This document shows, piece by piece, positions 1-7,130 of a stretch of DNA of 56,076 bases (within the stretch, counting starts at the first letter, position 1; the number at the start of each line of letters is the position of its first letter). The position numbers were made by a program, and so were the translations under genes. The stretch is from a virus (lineage: Duplodnaviria; Caudoviricetes), in the IMG/VR virus record IMGVR_UViG_3300024240_000004, positions 1-56,076 of that record; one strand, given 5' to 3'. The notes under the pieces were generated by a model. It made no database searches. It was not told where the DNA came from and saw only the letters and a program-made list of their open reading frames with translations.

Positions 1-115
1 ACCACATCATAAGCCACATAAGCCGCAACATTAGCCGCACGAGCCGCCTTATAAGCCGCATCATAAACCACATCATAAGCCACATAAGCCGCAACATTAG
101 CCGCACGAGCCGCCT
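1..115. repeat. 49-bp direct repeat with 66-bp period inside the Ala-rich coding region
   Basis: accacatcataagccacataagccgcaacattagccgcacgagccgcct at 1-49 and 67-115. Confidence 0.9.
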
Positions 116-440
116 CACGAGCCGTCTTTCTATTAGCTTCGCAATCATCGGTAATAACAAGTTTAGCGGCGGCGATAGCAAGTCGCGGGCGGTTATCGTT
201 AGGATATTCGTTTTCAAAAATAGGTAATACAAGTTCGGCGACATAGACAACATATTTAATGCGGTTTATACGCTTAAGCGAATGTGCAATAAACCAATTA
301 GCGTAATCGAAGTGTCCGAGTTCGACGGCTTTACGAATGGCGTCGGAGCGTTCGAGCTCATTAAGTTTATTTTCTCTAAAAAACTTAACGCAGTCTTCAT
401 AAGCGTCAATAGATTTTAATAGTTTAATAGTTATTTTCAT
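1..440 (-). CDS. 5' part of junction-spanning 178-aa protein, Imm5-like domain plus Ala/Tyr-rich repeats
   Basis: ATG at 440; MKITIKLL...AELVLPIFENEYPNDNRPRLAIAAAK...AARAANVAAYVAYDVV, open to position 1; missed by the ORF track because it is split by the window end. Confidence 0.75.
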   Translation of the reverse strand, partial: MKITIKLLKSIDAYEDCVKFFRENKLNELERSDAIRKAVELGHFDYANWFIAHSLKRINRIKYVVYVAELVLPIFENEYPNDNRPRLAIAAAKLVITDDCEANRKTAREAARAANVAAYVAYDVVYDAAYKAARAANVAAYVAYDV

Positions 441-441
441 T

Positions 442-888
442 TTAAGCCTCCAAAAGTTCAGGATTCTGAAAACAATTGCCGATGACTTCTAAATTTTTAC
501 AATAATCGGCATCTGGCGCGCAATCAATGCCAGCATATAAAAGTATACTTTGATAACATATTAAGTTATTTCCTATGACTTTTAGATAAAATACACCTTT
601 AGAAAAAGGTACTTTGCAGTTTTGATAATAAAATTCATCACGTATATTTGAATACATCTTGACGTTAATTATATCGCCGCCCTTACTCATTTTACCATCA
701 ACTTCAAAAGAACCGAAAATAGGAACGCCATTTTTGTCGTAAAGTCCGGTAAACATTGCAAGGGATTCGGTAATAACTTCGTAGGTGTCAATAAAATAAC
801 CGCCAAAGATATTAGAGAAATATCCTATACAGGTCCTATCTGCGTGCATATCTTTACCTCTAAACATACCAATTTGTAATTTATCCAT
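442..888 (-). CDS. YopX-family phage protein
   Basis: FRGKD N-terminus, MFTGLYDKNG..IF..GDII, C-terminal LEVIGNCFQNPELLE. Confidence 0.8.
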   Translation of the reverse strand: MDKLQIGMFRGKDMHADRTCIGYFSNIFGGYFIDTYEVITESLAMFTGLYDKNGVPIFGSFEVDGKMSKGGDIINVKMYSNIRDEFYYQNCKVPFSKGVFYLKVIGNNLICYQSILLYAGIDCAPDADYCKNLEVIGNCFQNPELLEA

Positions 889-1075
889 TATTTGTCTCCA
901 AATTTATTTCTTTTATAAATCCAAGTTCAATTAATAGTATTAAGTCTTCTTTCTGAAAAGTCATAGTTAAGTCATTGCTTCTATCGTAAACTTGATATTG
1001 ACGTGGTATTTGCTTAACTTTCTGACCTTTTAAAGAACCCTTATCTACTATATAATTTGTAGATTCGATTCTCAT
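881..1075 (-). CDS. hypothetical protein
   Basis: 64-aa ORF with SD AAGGAG, downstream of attenuator leader A. Confidence 0.65.
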   Translation of the reverse strand: MRIESTNYIVDKGSLKGQKVKQIPRQYQVYDRSNDLTMTFQKEDLILLIELGFIKEINLETNNG

Positions 1076-1090
1076 TATTTTTCTCCTTAT

Positions 1091-1181
1091 AAAAAAGCCC
1101 TAAGAATTGCAACGTACAAACTACGCCCGAACTTCACAGTTTCGGATTCTTAGAGCTTAAAATTATTCGTTTGTTTTTGCA
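1091..1181 (-). promoter_or_regulatory. Attenuator-like leader A (long-loop terminator with competing pairing)
   Basis: Stem AAGCTCTAAGAAT (1158-1146)/ATTCTTAGGGCTT (1107-1095) plus U-run; leader TGCAAAAACAAAC (1181-1169) can pair with loop GTTTGTACGTTGCA (1121-1108). Confidence 0.6.
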
Positions 1182-1184
1182 TTA

Positions 1185-1216
1185 CAAAAATAATAAATTA
1201 TTTTGAATAATGCAAA
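1185..1216 (-). promoter_or_regulatory. Bacteroidota-type sigmaA promoter
   Basis: TTTG-N20-TATTTTTG. Confidence 0.75.
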
Positions 1217-1238
1217 TTTATTTTTAAATTAATTTGAA

Positions 1239-1481
1239 TTATTTTTGACTATAAAAATCAATTATAAAAATAAGTTTTTCCATTAAAATAGTATTACTGG
1301 TTATTGAAAGGAATGTACCATCAGTTTCAAAAAAATGACCATCTAATCCTGCTTTATATCTTGAATCCCGCCAATTAAAATAAATACAATCATTTTCTGA
1401 TAAATCAAAATTTATTATTTGCTCAGAATAAGGTATTGATTTTATTATCGCTTCTAATAATTTTTCTTTTGTTTCAAACAT
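1239..1481 (-). CDS. hypothetical protein
   Basis: 80-aa ORF overlapping the upstream gene in an operon. Confidence 0.6.
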   Translation of the reverse strand: MFETKEKLLEAIIKSIPYSEQIINFDLSENDCIYFNWRDSRYKAGLDGHFFETDGTFLSITSNTILMEKLIFIIDFYSQK

Positions 1482-1908
1482 TTTCTTTTTCCTTAAATCG
1501 TTTAATTAAATGTTCTTTTAAATCATTACAAAAAAAGTTTATTGCATTTTCTTTATTTTCAAAAGTTAAAGACCGCTCTGCAAAATATATTCCAAAAAAA
1601 GTAGTGTATAATGCTCCTATTGATTGATTAACAAAATCAATACTCATATTTGAAATTTTAACATCTATATTCTCATTCTCTTTAACTTTAATAATAATTG
1701 TATTTTTATGCCTATCCAAAAACCAATTGCGAAAATCTTTATTAAAGAATATGTATAATAACCATATAAATAACACTATAACATTGACTATTATATCGCT
1801 TTTTGCAATTGGAACATTAGCGAATAATTGAATAGCTATTCCTAAAAATTCTATTAATTCATAGATTATAATAGACAATATTATTTGATATTTGATATTA
1901 GGATTCAT
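1474..1908 (-). CDS. membrane protein (2 predicted TM segments)
   Basis: Start reassigned to MNPNIK; hydrophobic IILSIIIYELIEFLGIAIQLF and IIVNVIVLFIWLLYIFF. Confidence 0.6.
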   Translation of the reverse strand: MNPNIKYQIILSIIIYELIEFLGIAIQLFANVPIAKSDIIVNVIVLFIWLLYIFFNKDFRNWFLDRHKNTIIIKVKENENIDVKISNMSIDFVNQSIGALYTTFFGIYFAERSLTFENKENAINFFCNDLKEHLIKRFKEKENV

Positions 1909-2155
1909 TCTCTTTTTCCTCACTTTTATAGTGTTCAATAGTGGCTTTACACGACGCGTCAAAATAATGTTTGATAAAAGTTTCTTTGTCATCTTTTGTT
2001 TTTTTACTTGCTTTAAATAAAGTATCGAATAAAGTTAAATTTATCATCGCAATACTATGTAATAATTCTTCAATTTTTTCTAAATCGTTTTTACCATCAA
2101 AGTTAATAACAATATCGTTTCCTGTCGTTTCAATTTTCATTTTACTTTTCCTCAT
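1898..2155 (-). CDS. hypothetical protein
   Basis: 85-aa ORF in tightly packed operon. Confidence 0.55.
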   Translation of the reverse strand: MRKSKMKIETTGNDIVINFDGKNDLEKIEELLHSIAMINLTLFDTLFKASKKTKDDKETFIKHYFDASCKATIEHYKSEEKENES

Positions 2156-2582
2156 AATTATTAATGCACATAGCTAAGTCCAATTTACAATAGCGTTGCT
2201 TAGTTATTAACTCTGTTATTTGTATAAAAGATAATTTGTTTAATTTATCCAATACATTTTTATAAAAGATAATATGATTTTCAAGAACTTTATTTGTCTC
2301 TTGTAAAGCGTTATATTCTTCAATACAATTTTTCATATCGCTATCGCGAATTGCATTAAAATATTGATGATGACTTTCCATTGTGATATATTTGTTCGTA
2401 TATTCCACCGAAATTTTATATGCTTCGTCTCTTTCTTTTTTAAGATTTTCTAAATTATCAATTTCTTCGCTTGTTAAAGAACTTAATTTTTTAAAATCTT
2501 TTTCTTTTTGAAGTAATCTTTGATATTCTTCAATTGACAATTGTACGTAATTGACGTCATTCATATTGTTTTCCTTTAACAT
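2142..2582 (-). CDS. coiled-coil protein, paralog of 16413-16871
   Basis: VQLSIEEYQRLLQKEKD...EIDNLENLKKERDE. Confidence 0.6.
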   Translation of the reverse strand: MLKENNMNDVNYVQLSIEEYQRLLQKEKDFKKLSSLTSEEIDNLENLKKERDEAYKISVEYTNKYITMESHHQYFNAIRDSDMKNCIEEYNALQETNKVLENHIIFYKNVLDKLNKLSFIQITELITKQRYCKLDLAMCINNYEEK

Positions 2583-3135
2583 AATTAATTAATTTAACAC
2601 ACATTGCCGCTAATTGAGTGGCTTCCAAAATTATTCTTTCTCTTTTATCTGATTCGATTTGATTCTGCAATTTAACGTCCATAAGGCTTTTTTCAAGATT
2701 ATCATAGCCACTGTCTAATTCATTTCTTACTTCTAAATATTCTTCACGCGTTATAAAACCTCCATCGAATAATGATTTAAAATTGCCGTGAATTTGATTA
2801 CTTCTTAAAACTTCATTGTCAATTGATTCCAATATTTCTTTATTTACCAAAGGTTTAAATCCTAAGATATTCATACACTCTTGTATTTTATCTTTGAATT
2901 TTCCGTTCATTTCAATCATATTTTTAGCTTGTTGAATCCCGTGCATTACTGTTGTATGGTCGGTTCTTTTTACGGCTCCGCCAATATCGCGTAATGTAAA
3001 ATTTGAAAAATTGTAAGCTAAATAATAATATGCGAATCGCGGATAAGAATAATCATTTGCCTTGCAACGGTCGCTTAGTTGATCAATTGGTATTTCAAAG
3101 ACTTTTGCAACTATCTGTTTTATTTTTCCTAACAT
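2557..3135 (-). CDS. DnaA C-terminal-like HTH fused to MazG-like NTP-pyrophosphatase domain
   Basis: PRFAYYYL...TLRDIGGAVKRTDHTTVMHG (DnaA domain IV signature); C-terminal HGNFKS..REEYLEV...EATQLAAMCVK resembles phage MazG-like proteins. Confidence 0.65.
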   Translation of the reverse strand: MLGKIKQIVAKVFEIPIDQLSDRCKANDYSYPRFAYYYLAYNFSNFTLRDIGGAVKRTDHTTVMHGIQQAKNMIEMNGKFKDKIQECMNILGFKPLVNKEILESIDNEVLRSNQIHGNFKSLFDGGFITREEYLEVRNELDSGYDNLEKSLMDVKLQNQIESDKRERIILEATQLAAMCVKLINYVKGKQYE

Positions 3136-3136
3136 T

Positions 3137-3799
3137 TTAATTCCAATAGTTAATTTTTAAATTTAATCTTTTCTGTAGTGTAATTTTAAATTCATGCGGA
3201 GCTAATCGTATGTCGCTATATTTTTGGAGTTGTTCGCAATAACCTTTTGAATTGATAAAACTTGATATATACTTTATATCTGTTTGTTCTTTCTTGATTA
3301 TTTTATCAACCCTCTCATTATGATTATCGTTATATTCTTTTTTCTTATTTTTTCTAAAACGTAGTTTTTCGTCTGAACGCCGCTTATATTCTCTATTGAT
3401 TTCATTAATTTTCAGATTCGCTATTTGACAATATTCTTTAAAATTGTCATCAAAGTCAAAACATTGCCAAAATAAAACGCCGTCTAAAACCATTGTATTT
3501 TTGAACTCTGAAAATATTTTTGCTAATTTTATAATCCCTATTGATTTATTAATTTCATTGTCAATAATATTAATTATATAATCTGCGGAATAGTAATAAT
3601 TACCGTCAATATAAAATTTAGTTTGTTCAAAAGCCGCTAAAGCTCTATCTGAATCTGAATATCTTATATTGATATAATTACTGTGCTCATACATTTGGAT
3701 TTTATTCAATTTCAATTTAATAAGAATTATATCAATTACATAGCGACCTTTATTTAAAAAAGAAATGGAACGGAAAACCTTACTTCTTAAAATGTGCAT
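3137..3799 (-). CDS. hypothetical protein
   Basis: 220-aa ORF, no motif recognised. Confidence 0.55.
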   Translation of the reverse strand: MHILRSKVFRSISFLNKGRYVIDIILIKLKLNKIQMYEHSNYINIRYSDSDRALAAFEQTKFYIDGNYYYSADYIINIIDNEINKSIGIIKLAKIFSEFKNTMVLDGVLFWQCFDFDDNFKEYCQIANLKINEINREYKRRSDEKLRFRKNKKKEYNDNHNERVDKIIKKEQTDIKYISSFINSKGYCEQLQKYSDIRLAPHEFKITLQKRLNLKINYWN

Positions 3800-4158
3800 T
3801 CTAATTCCTTTGTAATTTTAATAATTTCGTCGAGCGTGGATACCTTATAATGTTTAACGTTGTAATGTTCCAATAAATTAAAGAATGTTTTTTGACTTTC
3901 TGATAGTTCTTGTTTGTCATCTTTTTTGCATTCAATAAAAGCAAATAAATTTCCTTTGCAAATGAACAAATCTGAAATACCTTTACTTGCTTTTAAATTC
4001 TCAATAATATAAAATCTTATATAACTTTTTTCTGTTTTTTGCGCTCCGCTATTAAATCTAATTACTATCCACTTATTTAGAAGTAAATATTTTATAATAG
4101 CGGATTGAATTTTATGCTCAATAGTTTTATACCTTTGTGGTATTTTCGGTAATATCAT
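3787..4158 (-). CDS. VRR-NUC domain nuclease (Holliday-junction resolvase-like)
   Basis: EHKIQSAI...KGISDLFI...FIECK...LSESQ PD-(D/E)xK pattern; start reassigned to MILPK. Confidence 0.8.
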   Translation of the reverse strand: MILPKIPQRYKTIEHKIQSAIIKYLLLNKWIVIRFNSGAQKTEKSYIRFYIIENLKASKGISDLFICKGNLFAFIECKKDDKQELSESQKTFFNLLEHYNVKHYKVSTLDEIIKITKELECTF

Positions 4159-4573
4159 TAGTCTTCCGTTTATAATTTTTACGTTTCCAACCTTTCGCAA
4201 TAAGAATCTTTCTTGTTTCTATTGATTTTTTCACAAAACATTTTTTGCATAATTTACCATTAATCCAACCGCGCGAATAATACCAGTTTTCTTTATCGCA
4301 TTTTTTGTATTCTCCGCAGACTTTACAAGGTTTTTCCCATTCTCCATTGACGAGTCTGCAACCACTGTGCAACCGTTTATGTTCAAATGGCGTGACAAGT
4401 TGCAAATTAGAAATATGATTGTTTGTTTTGTCAAAATCTTTATGATGTATTTGCATACCAAATGGAATTTTTCCATAATTTGTCTCCCAAACAATAGAAT
4501 GTTCAAATCGAAGTTTACCTTCGCTATCTTTGGCGAATCTAAAATATCCATTTTTTGTTTTTTTGTGTTCCAT
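4127..4573 (-). CDS. HNH endonuclease (HNH_3-like) with C-terminal Zn finger
   Basis: EHSIVWE..YGKIP..QIHHKDFDKTNNHISNLQL..EH; CKVC..CKKC; start MEHKK after SD AAGGA. Confidence 0.85.
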   Translation of the reverse strand: MEHKKTKNGYFRFAKDSEGKLRFEHSIVWETNYGKIPFGMQIHHKDFDKTNNHISNLQLVTPFEHKRLHSGCRLVNGEWEKPCKVCGEYKKCDKENWYYSRGWINGKLCKKCFVKKSIETRKILIAKGWKRKNYKRKTNDITENTTKV

Positions 4574-4698
4574 CTTTTTTCCTTTTGAAAATGTTTCTGC
4601 GTACAATATACAAAAAAAAATTGATAATATCAAATCATTTTCTTTTATTTACTCTGTAATTACTCAAAAAATTTCGCCATTATAAATTTTAGCTGGCA

Positions 4699-4902
4699 TT
4701 ATTTGCCTCCGACTAATTTATTAATTAAAGTGCGATTTTCGCAATTAATCGAATCAAGATACATCATTTGACGTGAGTGCGTATTTATTTGACTTTGCAA
4801 ATTGTTAATACGATTTTCCAATAAAATTAAAGCAACGCTAACAAAAATTATCCAAATTAAACTACTAATAGCATTCATTAATTTTTTATTTATTTCTCTC
4901 AT
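4699..4902 (-). CDS. small membrane-anchored coiled-coil protein
   Basis: ISSLIWIIFVSVALILL hydrophobic stretch. Confidence 0.55.
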   Translation of the reverse strand: MREINKKLMNAISSLIWIIFVSVALILLENRINNLQSQINTHSRQMMYLDSINCENRTLINKLVGGK

Positions 4903-5096
4903 TTTTCTTTCCTTAGAATCGGACTTCGCCTTTTTTTTAAAGAGTCCAATTTGAATTGTTTAATAACTGAATTTATTGCGTGAGTTTCACAAGTGTATAT
5001 ATCCGGCGCGTCATTAAGTTTGATTCCGACTAATTCGACAAATAAATCCATATTTGTATTAGCAATAGCAAATTGTTCTTTTGTCAATTCTTGCAT
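4899..5096 (-). CDS. hypothetical protein
   Basis: 65-aa ORF, SD AAGGA. Confidence 0.6.
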   Translation of the reverse strand: MQELTKEQFAIANTNMDLFVELVGIKLNDAPDIYTCETHAINSVIKQFKLDSLKKRRSPILRKEK

Positions 5097-5149
5097 AGTA
5101 AAGTCCTTAAGATAAAATCTATTAATTTAAAAAATAGATATAGAAGGCA

Positions 5150-5197
5150 AAAAGCGGTTATGAAAAATCCGCCCGCCGTTAGAATAGACGGGCTTTT
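5150..5197 (-). promoter_or_regulatory. GC-rich intergenic RNA element with overlapping hairpins
   Basis: GCCCGTC/GGCGGGC hairpin overlapping GCGG..CCGC plus TTTTT. Confidence 0.45.
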
Positions 5198-5199
5198 TC

Positions 5200-5574
5200 T
5201 CATTCAGATTCCATACTATTTTGCGATTTTATAAAATCAAATAAAATACATTTGCTATTTCTAATATCGTTTCTTAATGATTTTATTTGACAGTCAGCCC
5301 AATGTTGACAATAATTTTTACTCGTTATTTTTTTTAAAATGTCATTACGTACTTCTATAGCTATTTCTTTTTTATATTCGCCAAATATTATTGGAGCGTT
5401 ATTCATATTTGTTTTTAATCTGAATAAATATAAAATTTCTTCTTCACCAATTAGCTCAAAATGGTCATTATCAACCGCCTTCCATTTTGTTTTTAATTCT
5501 TCAATATCGGTAATAGAGCACGTAATTATATTTTCTAAAGCTATTTCTTTATTTCCTGCTAATATTTTTATCAT
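5200..5574 (-). CDS. hypothetical protein
   Basis: 124-aa ORF. Confidence 0.55.
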   Translation of the reverse strand: MIKILAGNKEIALENIITCSITDIEELKTKWKAVDNDHFELIGEEEILYLFRLKTNMNNAPIIFGEYKKEIAIEVRNDILKKITSKNYCQHWADCQIKSLRNDIRNSKCILFDFIKSQNSMESE

Positions 5575-5947
5575 AAAAATTCTCCATTATTTCTGATTTA
5601 TAAAAAGGGCATCGACTTGGCATAAGCTCCGATTCGATAAATAATTCAGGATATTTTTTTAATAATCCTTTCTTTTCTGCTAAATATGTGTGTATATGCT
5701 TTTGCTCACATTTGCAGAAATATTTATTTGTAAAGCTATAATCCCCGTCTTCATTCGGACGTTTTAATTTATATAGATGATCTTTTATTTCTAAATGTTT
5801 ACATTTACCACCGCTCCATAAACATATTGGCTGATTTTTTGGATTCATACTACAGAAATTTTCATGCCAAATCATAGCGTGCTTTCTTATTAGTTTTTTA
5901 TGACAAAAACTACAAATGTAAAGCGTTATATTTTCTCTGATTTCCAT
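5549..5947 (-). CDS. Cys/His-rich putative Zn-binding protein
   Basis: YICSFCHK..HENFC..NP motif and further Cys residues. Confidence 0.6.
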   Translation of the reverse strand: MEIRENITLYICSFCHKKLIRKHAMIWHENFCSMNPKNQPICLWSGGKCKHLEIKDHLYKLKRPNEDGDYSFTNKYFCKCEQKHIHTYLAEKKGLLKKYPELFIESELMPSRCPFYKSEIMENFYDKNISRK

Positions 5948-5958
5948 TATTCAAATTC

Positions 5959-6441
5959 CTAAAATGGTACATCGTCTGAATTGTCAATATCGCTCATAGA
6001 ATCTGTAAAAGTCTTTGGAGCGGGAGCCGAACGTCTGCGATTACCAATGGGTGGTAAATCGTTAGAATTATCAGGCATTGATTCATTTTCAAAGGAAGTT
6101 TCAGATTGATTTTTGTCGCCTAACATAACCAACTGATTCATTATGATTTCTGTAAAATACTTTTTTTCGCCGTCTTTTTCATAAGTATTTGTCTTTAACT
6201 TACCTTCTAAATAAATCAAATTACCTTTTTTAAGGTATTTTTCGGCAATATCAGCAAGTTTGTCGAAACAACAAATATTATGCCATTCCGTAGATTCTTG
6301 TTTCTGACCGTTTTTATCAGTATAAGATTCGCCAGTTGCAAGCGAAAATTTGCAAACTTGCATTCCACCTTGAGAAACTTTAATTTCGGGGTCTTTTCCT
6401 AAACGACCGACTAAGGTTACTTTATTTATTGAACGTGACAT
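5959..6441 (-). CDS. ssb: single-stranded DNA-binding protein
   Basis: INKVTLVGRLGKDPE, TEWH, YLKKG..IYLEGKL, acidic tail DDVPF. Confidence 0.97.
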   Translation of the reverse strand: MSRSINKVTLVGRLGKDPEIKVSQGGMQVCKFSLATGESYTDKNGQKQESTEWHNICCFDKLADIAEKYLKKGNLIYLEGKLKTNTYEKDGEKKYFTEIIMNQLVMLGDKNQSETSFENESMPDNSNDLPPIGNRRRSAPAPKTFTDSMSDIDNSDDVPF

Positions 6442-6477
6442 TTTTTAATTATCCTTTTTTAGTTGTTTAAATGATTT

Positions 6478-7059
6478 TTATGAATTTAATATCGCTTGGA
6501 ATATATTGTAAGCGATTTGAGGTACAATAGCGTTGCCTAAAGCCTTTATTCGCTTATTTCTGTCCAATTGTCTGGGTATCCCATAATCCACTCCACAAAG
6601 CGCGGTTGCAACTTCAAACCAGTCGCCGCTTGCACTACCTCCCCAAAATTGCTTTTCCCTCTGTCGTTCATTGTATCTTTGTAAGCAAATGCTCTCGGCG
6701 TCGGCAATATCGATATCTCCGTCGCTAATCCGTTGCCGGAATATTTGCTCAAACCTTTTCGATTGTGATTCCTGCGAACCGTTGGAGTTGGCAACAATCC
6801 ACAATCTATTGCGTTTATGCGGGGCATCGACGGCGAGAGCTGGAATAATAAACGTCTGGACTTCGTAATCTTGATTTTCCAAGTCAGCGAGAATTGACTC
6901 GAAAACCATTCCGTTTTCGATAGTAAGCAAGCCCGGAACGTTTTCAGCGACAACCCATTTTGGCTTGACTTCGGCAATAACTCTAAGCATTTCTTCCCAG
7001 AGATAGCGGTCATCTTCTTTGCCTTTTCTATTCCCTGCGACGGAGAAAGGCTGGCAAGG
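6478..7059 (-). CDS. C5 cytosine DNA methyltransferase alpha chain, C-terminal part (motifs IV-VIII, X)
   Basis: Frame opens at CCT 7059: PCQPFSVAG, DDRYL, ENVPGL, PHKRNRLWIVA, ALGNAIVPQIA; no in-frame start before the catalytic Cys. Confidence 0.8.
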   Translation of the reverse strand, partial: PCQPFSVAGNRKGKEDDRYLWEEMLRVIAEVKPKWVVAENVPGLLTIENGMVFESILADLENQDYEVQTFIIPALAVDAPHKRNRLWIVANSNGSQESQSKRFEQIFRQRISDGDIDIADAESICLQRYNERQREKQFWGGSASGDWFEVATALCGVDYGIPRQLDRNKRIKALGNAIVPQIAYNIFQAILNS

Positions 7060-7130
7060 TCATCACGGGAACCCGCCAGAAAGAACGTCAATTCTTCCTG
7101 TCCGCGGGCTCCCTTTATCACCTTTTTCAT
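6546..7130 (-). CDS. C5 methyltransferase beta chain in overlapping alternative frame (M.EcoHK31I-like, supplies motif IX)
   Basis: Own SD (TAAGGA) before ATG; LLPTP repeats and terminal LQPRFVEWIMGYPDNWT; motif IX not seen in alpha frame. Confidence 0.75.
   Translation of the reverse strand: MKKVIKGARGQEELTFFLAGSRDDLASLSPSQGIEKAKKMTAISGKKCLELLPKSSQNGLSLKTFRACLLSKTEWFSSQFSLTWKIKITKSRRLLFQLSPSMPRINAIDCGLLPTPTVRRNHNRKGLSKYSGNGLATEISILPTPRAFAYKDTMNDRGKSNFGEVVQAATGLKLQPRFVEWIMGYPDNWTEISE

Noticed and set aside
1-115. Possible DGR template/variable repeat pair
   Set aside because: Copies are identical, tandem and in-frame; no adenine-specific mismatches and no reverse transcriptase recognised in the genome
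4231-4551. 106-aa ORF overlapping the HNH gene in another frame
   Set aside because: Fully nested, no recognisable motif or SD; likely incidental
7060-7065. Genome-wide UGA reassignment or simple selenocysteine at the catalytic site
   Set aside because: Many genes end in TGA with ATGA coupling and long ORFs are intact in code 11; there are two UGAs and the Cys codon is still present after the second Pro
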